Source of the DNA: Thermodesulfobacteriota bacterium
GTDB lineage: Bacteria > Desulfobacterota > Binatia > Bin18
Direction of reading: 5' to 3'
DNA length: 64,000 nt
Assembly: GCA_964291405.2 (NCBI GenBank)
Contig: OZ219926.1
Location: 3,744,001-3,808,000 of the forward strand
The position numbers were made by a program, and so were the translations under genes. Under the pieces are notes generated by a model. It did no database searches. It was not told where the DNA came from and saw only the letters and a list, made by a program, of their open reading frames with translations. This document shows, in pieces, positions 47,360-57,579 of the stretch; positions within the stretch are counted from its first letter, which is position 1; each line of letters opens with the position of its first letter.

Positions 47360-48790
47360 TTATTCACCCTTCTCAATACCTGGTGTCGGTGTCCGTGGAA
47401 GCGTATCCAGCGCGTCCGGGCGAGAACCGATAAGCGGGCCGTGCGAGCCTTTTTGCCAGGCCGGGGGTGTCTTCCCGTCCACCCGGTAGGCGCGCGCCGT
47501 GGCGGGTGCACCTAAGAGGGTTTGCCCGACCAGTTTCTGCGCGGTCCCGGTGGCAACATAGGCGCGCCGCACATCGGTCGGGTTCTCTTTGACGTAGTCT
47601 GCCCAGTTTCCCAGGGCCTGTTGTGTCTGGATGAGTCCTTTGACCATACCAACGTCGTTCAGCATGGTGACGTCATTGATCGGTCCGACGAACAGTGCCC
47701 CGACCATGCGATCGCCGTCCCAGACGTATTTACGATAAATCGGGCGCGTCGGGTTCCAGACGGTGGTGATCGACTCCTTCGCATCTGTCCGCCACTGGCC
47801 AAAGCTGGCGCAGTGCAGATTGATGACATCCAACACGTTAAGCAGCAGGCTGCCCGGATAGTGTGTCTCTTGGCCGGCCATATTCGTGCCGGCAATCCGA
47901 CCGTGGTCAACGGCTGTTGGTTGAATCGCATGCACCGCGGGCGAGCCATTCAGCAGGTCCGGTCCGGCGGCAACATCACCGGCCGCATAGATGCCGGAAA
48001 TATTGGTCTGCATGCGGTCGTCAACCACAATGCCGCCGTCAACGTGGATACCGGAGCCGTTGAGAAAGCTCAGGTTGGGCTGAATGCCCGTGGCCAAAAT
48101 GACAATATCCGCGCTCAGGCTGGCACCGTTGCTCAGCGACAGGTTGAGTGCCTCACCTTCACGGCTGATGCTTTGGACCTGCGCGCCGGTATGAACAGCT
48201 ACATTCTGGCTGGTCAGCCAGCCTTCGACCGCCTGCGCGCCGGTGGCATCGAGCATACGCGGCAAGACCTGGGCTTCGGTTTCAACTACCGAGAGGTTCC
48301 AGTCCAGCTTGGCCATGGCATTCAAGACGATAAAACCGATAAAGCCGGCACCAATGAGCACTGCCCTGGGCGTTCCCTGTGCCTTCGCCATGACCTGTTT
48401 TGCGTCTTCGAGCGTCCAGAAGGTGTACACGCCTTCCTGGTCAATGCCGGCAATAGGAGGACGCTGGGCCGAAGAGCCGGTTGCGATGAGGAGAGTGTCA
48501 AACGTGTGGTTTGAGCCGTCACCGAGTGTAACCGTACGCGCCTGGGCATCGACTTTTTCGACTTGGCCCAACACGGACGTAATACCGTGCTGTTCAAAAT
48601 AGGCCGCGTCTCCGGTCAGTACGTGCCGCTCCGGAATATCGTTCGCCAGATAGTAGGGCAGGACCATGCGCGAGTAGGCGGACTCGTTGGAGATGAGAGT
48701 GATCTGCGCTTCGGAGCCTGCTGTCGCCCGGATCGTTTCCGCCGCGGCCACCCCGGCCGGTCCCCCTCCAATAATGATGTGTTGTGCCAT
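47360..48790 (-). CDS. aorC: FAD/NAD(P)-dependent oxidoreductase (AorC-like)
   Basis: IIGGGPAG, LIATGS, IGAGFIG, IYAAGDVA; position in the aor operon. Confidence 0.8.
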   Translation of the reverse strand: MAQHIIIGGGPAGVAAAETIRATAGSEAQITLISNESAYSRMVLPYYLANDIPERHVLTGDAAYFEQHGITSVLGQVEKVDAQARTVTLGDGSNHTFDTLLIATGSSAQRPPIAGIDQEGVYTFWTLEDAKQVMAKAQGTPRAVLIGAGFIGFIVLNAMAKLDWNLSVVETEAQVLPRMLDATGAQAVEGWLTSQNVAVHTGAQVQSISREGEALNLSLSNGASLSADIVILATGIQPNLSFLNGSGIHVDGGIVVDDRMQTNISGIYAAGDVAAGPDLLNGSPAVHAIQPTAVDHGRIAGTNMAGQETHYPGSLLLNVLDVINLHCASFGQWRTDAKESITTVWNPTRPIYRKYVWDGDRMVGALFVGPINDVTMLNDVGMVKGLIQTQQALGNWADYVKENPTDVRRAYVATGTAQKLVGQTLLGAPATARAYRVDGKTPPAWQKGSHGPLIGSRPDALDTLPRTPTPGIEKGE

Positions 48791-48808
48791 GACGTGTGTT
48801 CCTTGTAG

Positions 48809-48878
48809 GTTCGTTGAGTCCGCTGAGTCTTTGGAGTCAAGATTCAACAGACCCAATGACTCAATAGACCAAACAGAC
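48809..48878. repeat. Degenerate 9-bp tandem units arranged as an inverted array
   Basis: GTCCGCTGA/GTCTTTGGA facing GATTCAACA/GACTCAATA/GACCAAACA inside the operon spacer. Confidence 0.45.
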
Positions 48879-48883
48879 CTCCT

Positions 48884-50743
48884 TTACTCCAGCCCTAGCT
48901 CTTTCTTCTTTGCCTCGGAGATTTTGCCGTCCTTATCCCAGCCCCGCAGTTCATAATACTCGGGCAGCATCTCTCCCAGTCGGTTGACCTCGCCCTTGGC
49001 TGGGCCGGATGGGATGGGCTCTTCCAGAATCCGCTTGGGCAGGGTGTCGTCCTTGCCGGTGAAGCCTGCCCGTTCGTTCCACAGCCGCTCCAGATTCCAG
49101 ATACGCTCCCCAATGTGGACCAGTTCTTCCTGCGTATACGTTACGCCTGTGGCTGCCGACAGTTGGGGTAACATCTCCTCCAGACCTACGCCGAAAGTAA
49201 GGAATTGACACAGGCCGGTGGCGTCAACGGTTGAGGTCGCGTCCTGGAAGATCTTGGTAATCTCTGCTTTCTCTTCTGTGGCACGCGGATCCATCTGACG
49301 CGGCAAGCCCAGAATTTCGGCCGCAACCGTATAGGCTTTCAAGTGACACGCACCGCGGTTGGAGGTCGCATAGCCCAGGCCCATGCCCTGAATGGCACGA
49401 GCTTCATATGCGGCAAACTCCTGACCGCGGACGCCCATGAAGAACTCTGGACGACCGAAATTTTCGGTCATGCGTTTGGAGCCTTCGGCCACGGCATCAC
49501 CAAAGCCCTGCCGGTAGGCGGTCTTCTCAGCCATGGCAATGAGAGCTTCGGCACTACCGAACTCTAGCGGAATCTCGGTCTGGTCCTGGCTGACCGTGCC
49601 CTTCTCGAACAATTCCATAGCCGCGGCTACGCTGGCCCCAAAGCTGATGGAATCCATACCCAGGTCATTGCACAGCCAGTTAGCCTTGATTAGCGCGTCC
49701 AGGTCGCCCACGCCGCACTCCGAGCCCATGGCCCACGCCGCTTCGTACTCGGGACCCTCGCCGGCGATTTTCCAGTTCTGCGGATTGGTGGTGACCGAGT
49801 ATTTCGAGGAGGCTTCGCCCGGCAGGGTGCTGACCCGCCCACAGGCAATGGTGCAGGAAAAACAGGCTTTATTGGCGACCAAACGGGTTTCAGTCAGGGT
49901 TTCACCGCTAATGTTTTCAGCCTCATCAAAGACGGTCTGCTGATGGTTTCGGGTCGGCAGGGCGCCGTGCTCGTTAATCACGTTGACCAGCACTTCCGTA
50001 CCGTACATGGGCAGGCCCTCGGCGGTCACGGGCGACTGCCGCAGCTTTTCCTTCATGGCCCATTGGCCTTCCATATATGCCTGCGGGTCGGCCAGAGAGA
50101 CGCCGCCGGTACCGCGCAGAGCAATCGCCTTGAGATTTTTGGAGCCCATCACCGCACCTACGCCGGACCGACCCGCGGCCCGGTGCAGATCGTTCATGAT
50201 GCAGGCAAAGCGCACCAGGTTTTCTCCGGCCGGGCCGATGCTGGCAATGATGGTGTCCGGCACGCCGAGCTCGGTGCGGAGGGCTTCTTCGGTTTGCCAA
50301 ACCGTCTTGCCCCACAGGTGGGTCGCGTCGCGCAGTTCCACCCGATCGTCATAAATCCACAGGTAGGACGGCTGCGCGGCCTTGCCCTCCAGGATGATCA
50401 TGTCATAGCCGGCGAATTTCATCTCCGGTCCCCAGAAGCCACCCGAATTCGAGGTGGTAATAGCGTTGGTCAGCGCGCCCTTGGTAACGACCATATAGCG
50501 TGAGCCACAGGATACGTTGGTGCCGGTCAGCGGCCCGGTGGCAAAGATCATTTTGTTCTCTGGACTAAGCGGATCGACGCTGGGGTCCATCTCTTCGTAG
50601 AGATATTTGACGCCGAGCCCGCGGCCGCCGACATAGTCTCTGGCCCATTCGGCGTTCAGCGGCTCCTTGGTGATACTGCCGCTGGTCAGATTGACGCGCA
50701 GGACAGTACCGGTCCAGCCATGCATTGTGTTCGTCGCGCTCAT
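48884..50743 (-). CDS. aorB: Tungsten aldehyde:ferredoxin oxidoreductase
   Basis: LRVNL, GGRGLG, SNSGG, AAGRSGVGAVMGSKNLKAI, CFSCTIACGR, GPEYE, NDLGMDSIS, RGACH, YYELRGW. Confidence 0.93.
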   Translation of the reverse strand: MSATNTMHGWTGTVLRVNLTSGSITKEPLNAEWARDYVGGRGLGVKYLYEEMDPSVDPLSPENKMIFATGPLTGTNVSCGSRYMVVTKGALTNAITTSNSGGFWGPEMKFAGYDMIILEGKAAQPSYLWIYDDRVELRDATHLWGKTVWQTEEALRTELGVPDTIIASIGPAGENLVRFACIMNDLHRAAGRSGVGAVMGSKNLKAIALRGTGGVSLADPQAYMEGQWAMKEKLRQSPVTAEGLPMYGTEVLVNVINEHGALPTRNHQQTVFDEAENISGETLTETRLVANKACFSCTIACGRVSTLPGEASSKYSVTTNPQNWKIAGEGPEYEAAWAMGSECGVGDLDALIKANWLCNDLGMDSISFGASVAAAMELFEKGTVSQDQTEIPLEFGSAEALIAMAEKTAYRQGFGDAVAEGSKRMTENFGRPEFFMGVRGQEFAAYEARAIQGMGLGYATSNRGACHLKAYTVAAEILGLPRQMDPRATEEKAEITKIFQDATSTVDATGLCQFLTFGVGLEEMLPQLSAATGVTYTQEELVHIGERIWNLERLWNERAGFTGKDDTLPKRILEEPIPSGPAKGEVNRLGEMLPEYYELRGWDKDGKISEAKKKELGLE

Positions 50744-51231
50744 GCGTTGCCTCCTTCTTCGTCCTGCATATGTTGAAAGCCCTGGTTGACTTTGTCCGCC
50801 CAACTGGCCAGCCAGTCCGGCTGATCCATATCTACATATTCGAGCGCGCCGGTCGGGCAGGACTTGACGCAAGCCGGGTCACCACCACACAGGTCACACT
50901 TGAAGGCTTTGTGACTATCCGGGTTATAGAACATGGTGCCGTAGGGGCAGGCCACCGTGCAGACCGCACAGCCGACACATACGTCGTCCATCACCACCTT
51001 GGCGTTCGTGTCCGGGTCAATGCCGATCGCATTCACCGGACAGGCCGTCAGGCACCAGGCTTCATCGCACTGAAAGCAGGTATAGGGCGCGTAGACGGCT
51101 TGCTCGTCAAAGATGTGGACACGAATAACGGAACGCGACGGCTGAAAGGTCCCGGTTTGAACAAAGGCACAAGCCAACTCGCACTGAATGCAGCTTGTGC
51201 ATTTCTCGGTAATCACGCGGAGTTGTTTCAT
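50740..51231 (-). CDS. aorA: 4x[4Fe-4S] ferredoxin-like subunit
   Basis: CTSCIQCELAC, CFQCDEAWCLTACP, CVGCAVCTVACP, KCDLCGGDPACVKSCP. Confidence 0.9.
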   Translation of the reverse strand: MKQLRVITEKCTSCIQCELACAFVQTGTFQPSRSVIRVHIFDEQAVYAPYTCFQCDEAWCLTACPVNAIGIDPDTNAKVVMDDVCVGCAVCTVACPYGTMFYNPDSHKAFKCDLCGGDPACVKSCPTGALEYVDMDQPDWLASWADKVNQGFQHMQDEEGGNA

Positions 51232-51451
51232 ACGGTGTTGACCCTCCTGCCTTTCCTCTAACAGATTCGTCCGAAGAATGCCACAAAAGTCAGGCAGTCC
51301 AGAGCGACAACCGGCCTCAGTAGACCAACCGTTGTTATCCGCTCCTGCGGCGAGAGGTGACTCAAGCATCCTGCCGCTGTAAAGCCGCCTTGCCGACCAC
51401 CTAGGGAAAGCGCTAGGCTACGAAAACCAACACCATACGGGAGGGCGTAGT

Positions 51452-51634
51452 ATGAAAGTGAACTGGGACGAGGAAGTCTGCACGCATTCGGCAAATTGTG
51501 TGAAGAGCCTGCCGCAAGTCTTTAAGGTTGAAGGCGGAGAATTCGTGATTGACCCCAGCGCGGCGTCAGAGGACGAGGTCCGGGCCGTCGTTGCCAAATG
51601 CCCGTCAGGGGCACTGTCCGTGCAGGAAGATTAA
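51452..51634 (+). CDS. Small divergent 4Fe-4S mono-cluster protein (YjdI-like)
   Basis: CTHSANCVKSLPQVF and CPSGAL; GGAGG RBS. Confidence 0.85.
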   Translation: MKVNWDEEVCTHSANCVKSLPQVFKVEGGEFVIDPSAASEDEVRAVVAKCPSGALSVQED

Positions 51635-51668
51635 ATCGGGATAGGGCCGTTTTTCTGTGGCTGCTCGT

Positions 51669-52235
51669 ATGTCACAGACCTCGACGCAGCATACATTTCT
51701 CAACGGCCGCGTTTCCGTCCTGGTGGGTGACATTACCCAACAGCGGGTCGCTGCGGTGGTGAATGCGGCCAACGCAGGCCTGCTGGGTGGCGGGGGTGTG
51801 GATGGTGCCATTCATCGGGCCGGCGGGCCGGATATTCTCGCGGCCTGTCAGGAACTGCGGCGGACTCGTTATCCTGACGGGCTGCCCACGGGCGAAGCCG
51901 TCCTCACCACAGCCGGACGCCTACCGGCCCGGCATGTGATTCATACGGTCGGGCCGGTCTATAGTGCTGCCGGAGAGCAAGCGGACGATCTTCTCTCCGC
52001 CTGTTACCGCAACTCTCTCTCGCTTGCCGTACAGCATAAGCTGACGACGCTTGCCTTCCCGGCCATCTCCACCGGCGTGTACGGCTATCCGCGTGAGGAA
52101 GCCGCGGCAGTTGCCTCGCGGGCAATTGCCGACTTCTTCGCTACCGACGCGACTATCACGGAAGTCCGTCTGGTGTTTTTTGCCCAGCAGGACGCTGACG
52201 TTTTCATGACGCACCACACATTTCCGGCTGCATAA
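51669..52235 (+). CDS. ymdB: Macro domain O-acetyl-ADP-ribose deacetylase
   Basis: GDIT, VNAAN..LLGGGGVDGAIHRAGG, HTVGP, AFPAISTGVYGYP. Confidence 0.92.
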   Translation: MSQTSTQHTFLNGRVSVLVGDITQQRVAAVVNAANAGLLGGGGVDGAIHRAGGPDILAACQELRRTRYPDGLPTGEAVLTTAGRLPARHVIHTVGPVYSAAGEQADDLLSACYRNSLSLAVQHKLTTLAFPAISTGVYGYPREEAAAVASRAIADFFATDATITEVRLVFFAQQDADVFMTHHTFPAA

Positions 52236-52319
52236 GAATCAGCCTACCCCGTTCTCCGCGACCTCTCCCTTTCTTGTTCCGGGTATGGTAAGGCTGGCTG
52301 CTCTGAAAGGGAGGGACGT

Positions 52320-53666
52320 ATGTCGAGAGGGCAGACTACTGCGAGTTTCATGCGCCGGCTCTGGGGAATACTCGTCTTGGCTTGCTGGCTGGGAGGGACA
52401 CCGGTCTCGGCCGAGGACAACAAGAGCCGGACCTGGCGCACACTAGACGAACTTTCCGAAGAAGAACTCGCCCGCTTCGACTTTTCAACCGACACGCCCC
52501 GCCACGCAGACATCCCGTATATGCCGGCGGAAGCCTATCCGTTCGAGCCGCCCTACACGCCCGAAGAGGTCGGCTATCGGATCATGGAGTTCCCGCATAT
52601 GCCCCGCTGGAACTGTGTTCAGATTGAAGACACGGGAACACTCACCCCGACCGGCTATCTCTTTGTCCAGCAGATTATCGCCCTGGTGCATTATCGCGAC
52701 CCGGAAGGGCTGATGGGTCAGATTCTGTCCAAGCCAGGAGAAGTCTACTCGCGCTGGCTCACTCAGGATGTCGCTCCCCCGGAAAACTATGGCAACCAGA
52801 TGCTCTTCAGTACGTTTCGGACCGATCAACACCTGACCAAGAAAGCGGACCTGTTTGGGTATTCCCTGAGCATGCGCCGGGTGCGCCGTTTTCCCCAGCC
52901 GCGGCGGCAGGAAAAATTTCCAAACGCGCCTATGGCCTATGACGATTTTTTGGGTCGCGACGCCTGGGAGTTCTCCTGGCGCGTTCTGGGCACCGATGTG
53001 CTCTACAAAACCGCGCGTTTCCCAAAGACGCGCCAGTCGATCACGCTTCAGACCGAGGACGGGACTTTTCAGGATGTCCCGGCCAGTACCATCAAACTGA
53101 TGGGCGATGACTATCCATTTTACACCGAGGATAACGGAGTCAAATGCTATCTGGTCGAGGCCGCAGCCAAGCAAGACTGGTTGCCCGATTACTACGCACC
53201 CCGGATTCTGTTCTGGGCGGATCAGCACTATTTCTATCCGTTGCGGACCGAAATCTATGGCAGGAATGGCGAGCCCATTATGATAGAGGAGCGCGTGGCC
53301 AAGCTCATGAACCCACGCCTCAAGGAGCGCGGCTATCATAACCTGATTACCCTATGGTGGGACCCACAGCAGGACTTTTACTCATACGGCATCCACGACG
53401 CCATGCAGCTCCGGGACTGGTCACAAGAGGATAAGGACGTGTTCTTTAATCCGGACTTCATGCGCCGCACCTGGTTCCCGGCACCGCTCAAGACGCAAGC
53501 CGGCATCAGTTTACCGGAGGAGTTTTTCCTCCGACCTCAACTCCATCGCGGCAAGTTTCCCAAAGAGCGCGACCTTGTCCTGCCGGCCTATCTGGAAGAG
53601 AGAATTCAGGCCCAGGAGGAAGCCGGCTATATCGTCTTTACCGGGGAGACGAACGGAGCGGAGTAG
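52320..53666 (+). CDS. Secreted DUF1329-like protein
   Basis: Signal peptide; PPENYG, MRRVRR, YDDF.GR, WEFSWRVLG. Resemblance to the DUF1329/LolA-like family judged by eye. Confidence 0.6.
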   Translation: MSRGQTTASFMRRLWGILVLACWLGGTPVSAEDNKSRTWRTLDELSEEELARFDFSTDTPRHADIPYMPAEAYPFEPPYTPEEVGYRIMEFPHMPRWNCVQIEDTGTLTPTGYLFVQQIIALVHYRDPEGLMGQILSKPGEVYSRWLTQDVAPPENYGNQMLFSTFRTDQHLTKKADLFGYSLSMRRVRRFPQPRRQEKFPNAPMAYDDFLGRDAWEFSWRVLGTDVLYKTARFPKTRQSITLQTEDGTFQDVPASTIKLMGDDYPFYTEDNGVKCYLVEAAAKQDWLPDYYAPRILFWADQHYFYPLRTEIYGRNGEPIMIEERVAKLMNPRLKERGYHNLITLWWDPQQDFYSYGIHDAMQLRDWSQEDKDVFFNPDFMRRTWFPAPLKTQAGISLPEEFFLRPQLHRGKFPKERDLVLPAYLEERIQAQEEAGYIVFTGETNGAE

Positions 53667-53670
53667 GATC

Positions 53671-53701
53671 GGAAGGACGATCCTCCTCGGACCGTCCTTC
53701 C
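53671..53701. terminator. Hairpin between convergent genes
   Basis: GGAAGGACG-N13-CGTCCTTCC. Confidence 0.45.
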
Positions 53702-53721
53702 TAAAGAAATCCTGCGGCCTT

Positions 53722-56022
53722 CTACGCCTCACCTGACCCGTTGGCCCCGTTTGACCCGTTGGCTCCATTGCTACGCGTGGCCCAGAAAATCCGCTCGGGA
53801 TTCATGGGCAGCTCGTACAGCCGGGTGCCGGTGGCGCGGTAGAGCGCATTGGCCAGGGCTGCGCCCGGCGGCACGATGGGCACTTCGCCGACACCGCGCA
53901 GACCGTAGGGGCCTTCGGAGGCCGGGACTTCGGTCAGGACGGTTTCGATCATGGGCAGGTCCAGCGCCACCGGACAGCGATAGTCCAGCAGGCTGGCGTT
54001 TTTCAGCTCGCCGTTATCAAAAATATATTCCTCATTCAGGGCCCAGCCGATGCCCTGCACGGCCCCTCCCTGGATCTGACCTTCAACCTGGGTTGGATTG
54101 ATAGCTTTGCCGACATCCTGGAAGCAGGTATAGCGCAGGATAGTCACTTTGCCCGTCTCCGGATCAATCTCAACATCCGCGACATGGGCGGCATAGGCGT
54201 GGGCCGGCTGCATCCGGGTGGTGCTGCCCTTGCCGATGATCGGTCCGCTGCCCCAGGCTACACTCTCGCGGGCCAACTCGGCCAGGCTGACTTCGTTCCG
54301 GGTATCACCCTTGGCCCAGAACCGTTTGGCCTGATACTCGATCTCAGCGACGGGCACCTTGAGCTTTTCCGCAGCCCGCTCTTTGAGTTGGGTCAACACA
54401 TCCTGACTGGCCTGATGGGCGGCGGCACTCATCGTGTAGGTAATCCGGCTGCCGCCGCTCAGGTCGGCAAAGGGGGCGCTGTCGGTATCACCCACTGTGA
54501 TGGTAATGTCTTGGGGGTCAAGCTGGAGTTCATCGGCCACCATTTGTGAAATCGTGGTACGGGTGCCGGTCAGGTCCACGGTGCCCACAAAAATTGAGGC
54601 GGTGGCATCCGGGTTGATCTTGACCTCGGCACTCGATGTGAAGGAGCCACCGATCCAGTAACCCAGGGCCAGTCCCCGACCGCGGTGGGGACCCTCCAGC
54701 GGCGTAGTCCAGCATGGATGCGTCTCGATCTGTTTCAGCATCTCGGTCAGGCCGATACGGTTGAGCGGCATGCCCAGGGGTAGGGTATCGCCTTCTTCGG
54801 CGGCGTTTTTCTGCCGAAACGCCAGCGGGTCGACGCCGACCTCGTCCGCCAGGGCATCCATCAGCGCTTCGACCGCAAAGGCTGCCGGCGTGCCGCCAGG
54901 GGCGCGATAGGCTTGAACGCGCGGCTTATTGGTCAGCACGTCGAACCCTTCGGCAACCATATTGTCCAGCTTATACGGAGCCAGACCCACCAGCAGGCCG
55001 CGGGCGACCGGCGAGCCGGGAAAGGCGCCGGCATCATAGCGCATGGTTGTTGTCAGTGCGGTAATCTTTCCGTCTTTTGTGGCGCCGGCTTTCACGGTGA
55101 TGACCGCGGGTGCCCCTGGGCCGGTTGCGCGCAGCACCTCTTCCCGGGAGACCACGAGTTTAACCGGCCGGCTGGTCTTTTGTGCCAGCACAATAGCGGT
55201 GGGTTCAAACAGTGCCAGGGCTTTGCCGCCAAATCCGCCTCCGATCTCCATGGGTACGACCTTGAGCTGGCTGGCGGGGAGACCGAGCAGGGTCACGAGT
55301 TGGGTGCGGACGGTGAAATGCCCCTGGGCCGAAGTCCACAACGTGACCCGGCCGTTGGGCTCGACTCGCGCCGCGCAGGCCTGGGGTTCCAGATAGCCCT
55401 GGTGGACCATCTGGGTCGTATACGTTTTCTCAATAACCGCGTCGGCCGCCGCGAACCCGGCCTCAACATCGCCCCGGGCGTAGACCATATGCGTGGAAAT
55501 ATTACTCGGCTGGTCGGACCTTTCCTGGGTCGCCTCTTCGAGCGTGTGCAGATCTTCGTGAACGAGCGGGGCGTCCGGCTGCATGGCCTGGAGTACGTCT
55601 TCCACGACCGACAGGGGTTCGTAGTCGACGTCAACCAGTCCAGCCGCTTCCTCGGCAATAAACGGGTCGGTGGCGGCCACCGCGGCTACGACCTGACCGT
55701 GATAGCGGACTTTGTCCGAGGCCATGACGATCTCGCGGATGGCGCTCATATCGATGCTGACTTCTCCCACCAGGGGGGCGGTGGCACCTTTTGGCAGGGA
55801 GGGCAGATCGTGCGCGGTAATGGCGGCTTTCACGCCGGGCAGCGCTTTGGCCCGGCTGGTATCAATATGTTTGATACGGGCGTGGGCATACGGGCTGCGG
55901 ACGAGTTTCGCCCACAGCATGCCGGGCAGATCGAGGTCGGCCCCATAGGTCGCCTTGCCCGTGACCCGCTCCGGGGCATCGACTTTGGCCAAAGACGTTC
56001 CGATTACATTATACTCAGCCAT
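53722..56022 (-). CDS. Xanthine dehydrogenase-family molybdopterin large subunit (CoxL-like, not CODH)
   Basis: RVTGKATY, RSPYAHARI, HQGYLEP, IGGGFGGK, active-site loop AYRAPG, VEGQIQGG, GVGE. Confidence 0.9.
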   Translation of the reverse strand: MAEYNVIGTSLAKVDAPERVTGKATYGADLDLPGMLWAKLVRSPYAHARIKHIDTSRAKALPGVKAAITAHDLPSLPKGATAPLVGEVSIDMSAIREIVMASDKVRYHGQVVAAVAATDPFIAEEAAGLVDVDYEPLSVVEDVLQAMQPDAPLVHEDLHTLEEATQERSDQPSNISTHMVYARGDVEAGFAAADAVIEKTYTTQMVHQGYLEPQACAARVEPNGRVTLWTSAQGHFTVRTQLVTLLGLPASQLKVVPMEIGGGFGGKALALFEPTAIVLAQKTSRPVKLVVSREEVLRATGPGAPAVITVKAGATKDGKITALTTTMRYDAGAFPGSPVARGLLVGLAPYKLDNMVAEGFDVLTNKPRVQAYRAPGGTPAAFAVEALMDALADEVGVDPLAFRQKNAAEEGDTLPLGMPLNRIGLTEMLKQIETHPCWTTPLEGPHRGRGLALGYWIGGSFTSSAEVKINPDATASIFVGTVDLTGTRTTISQMVADELQLDPQDITITVGDTDSAPFADLSGGSRITYTMSAAAHQASQDVLTQLKERAAEKLKVPVAEIEYQAKRFWAKGDTRNEVSLAELARESVAWGSGPIIGKGSTTRMQPAHAYAAHVADVEIDPETGKVTILRYTCFQDVGKAINPTQVEGQIQGGAVQGIGWALNEEYIFDNGELKNASLLDYRCPVALDLPMIETVLTEVPASEGPYGLRGVGEVPIVPPGAALANALYRATGTRLYELPMNPERIFWATRSNGANGSNGANGSGEA

Positions 56023-56033
56023 GCGGTCCCTCC

Positions 56034-56510
56034 TTAGGCGGTTTGTGAAAGCGCCTGCGACGCAGCCTGAATCGCCCGAACAATTTTGTCATAGCCCGTG
56101 CAGCGGCATAGATTGCCGGAAATCGCCAAACGAATCTCCACTTCGCTCGGGTTGGGGTTGCGTTCCAATAATGCCTTGGCCGACATGATAAAGCCCGGCG
56201 TACAAAACCCGCACTGCAAACCACCGTTTTCAATAAAAGCCTGCTGCACGGGGTGGAGGTTGCCCTCAGCCGCCACCCCCTCGACCGTAGTCACGTCCGC
56301 GCCTGCCGCTTCGACCGCGAATACGAGGCAGGCATTGACGACCGCACCGTTCAGGACGACCGTACAGGCCCCGCAGTTGCCATTGCCGCAGCCTTCCTTG
56401 GGCCCCATATGGCCCAGCTTGTAGCGCAGGGTGTCCAGCAGCGTTTCGCGGGTATCGACCAGCGCGGCGTGCGGCTCGCCGTTGACGTTCAGTTCAATTG
56501 CCTGTTTCAT
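56034..56510 (-). CDS. [2Fe-2S] small subunit (CoxS-like)
   Basis: GCGNGNCGACTV, QCGFCTPG, GNLCRCTGY. Confidence 0.92.
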   Translation of the reverse strand: MKQAIELNVNGEPHAALVDTRETLLDTLRYKLGHMGPKEGCGNGNCGACTVVLNGAVVNACLVFAVEAAGADVTTVEGVAAEGNLHPVQQAFIENGGLQCGFCTPGFIMSAKALLERNPNPSEVEIRLAISGNLCRCTGYDKIVRAIQAASQALSQTA

Positions 56511-57382
56511 GCTGCCTCCCCCCTGGCTCTCTCCAGCGCCTTGCCCAGCGTACGTCGCGTCAGCACCTTCACCAGTTCAATCCGATAGGCCGCCGAACCA
56601 CGCACGTCGGAGATCGGACTGGCGGCCCGGGACGCCAGCTCCCCAGCCTGGGAAACCGTTGTCTCATCCAAAGCCCGCCCCGTTAAAAACGCCTCGGCCT
56701 CTTTTGCACGGACGGGAATGGGCGCAACCGCGGCGAGCACGATACGGGCCTGCTCGCAGGTACGAGCGTCCGGGCTGAGCTGGACAAACGAGCCCACCCC
56801 AGCCACCGCAATGTCCATCTCTTCGCGCGGGATAAAACGCAGATAGGCCGCCCCGGAATGGGGTGGGGGAGGCGGCAGTACAATCTCGACCAGGACCTCG
56901 CCCTTTTCCAGTACGGTCTGGCCAGGCCCGACAAAAAAATCTTCTGATGGAATCTCCCGCTGTCCGCCTAGCCCGGCGATCACCAGCGTCGCGCCATACG
57001 ATACCGCCGGTGGAACGGCATCTGCGGAGGGGGCAGCGTTGCAAAAGTTGCCCCCTAACGCGGCGCGGTTCTGTATTTGATACGAGCCGATCAGGGCGCA
57101 GGCCTCGGCCAGGGCCGGGTAGTGGACACGCACCGGCTCGAACTCGGCGATCTGCGTACACGACACGGCCGCACCAATGTGGAGCCCGGCCTCGTAGGAG
57201 AGGACATTGAGCTCAGGGATTTTTTTAACGTCAACGACCAGAGCCGGGCTCCGGCGGTTCTCCTTCATTTGGGCAATAAGATCGGTTCCGCCCGCCAGGG
57301 GTCGTGCCTCACCACTTGCCTCGGCCAGCAATACCACGGCGTCTTGTAGATTCTGCGGAGCAGCGTACTCGAATGCATCCAC
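56507..57382 (-). CDS. FAD-binding medium subunit (CoxM-like)
   Basis: AGGTDL, QIQNRAALGGN.CNAAPSAD, PISDVRGSAAYR; GTG start after AAGGAGG. Confidence 0.92.
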   Translation of the reverse strand: MDAFEYAAPQNLQDAVVLLAEASGEARPLAGGTDLIAQMKENRRSPALVVDVKKIPELNVLSYEAGLHIGAAVSCTQIAEFEPVRVHYPALAEACALIGSYQIQNRAALGGNFCNAAPSADAVPPAVSYGATLVIAGLGGQREIPSEDFFVGPGQTVLEKGEVLVEIVLPPPPPHSGAAYLRFIPREEMDIAVAGVGSFVQLSPDARTCEQARIVLAAVAPIPVRAKEAEAFLTGRALDETTVSQAGELASRAASPISDVRGSAAYRIELVKVLTRRTLGKALERARGEAA

Positions 57383-57579
57383 ACTCAGACCCTCCTTCTC
57401 CTTGTTGGACACTAGTACTCCTATCCCTTGAAGTAGGAAAAGATCAAGAGAATTGTTCTGCTTCAAGTTTCCAGTAAAGAGGAACGTGTGGACAATTCGG
57501 GTCGGGCCTGATTAAGTAATCCGGCTGTGAGGGGGAGGGGCGTCTGAGTGCGAAAACCTTGCGTAAGGAGGAAAGATTC

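Noticed and set aside
48809-48878. CRISPR-like array
   Set aside because: Units are 9 bp, degenerate and lack spacers; no cas genes.
53722-57382. Aerobic CO dehydrogenase
   Set aside because: No AYxCSFR motif and no coxDEFG accessory genes.
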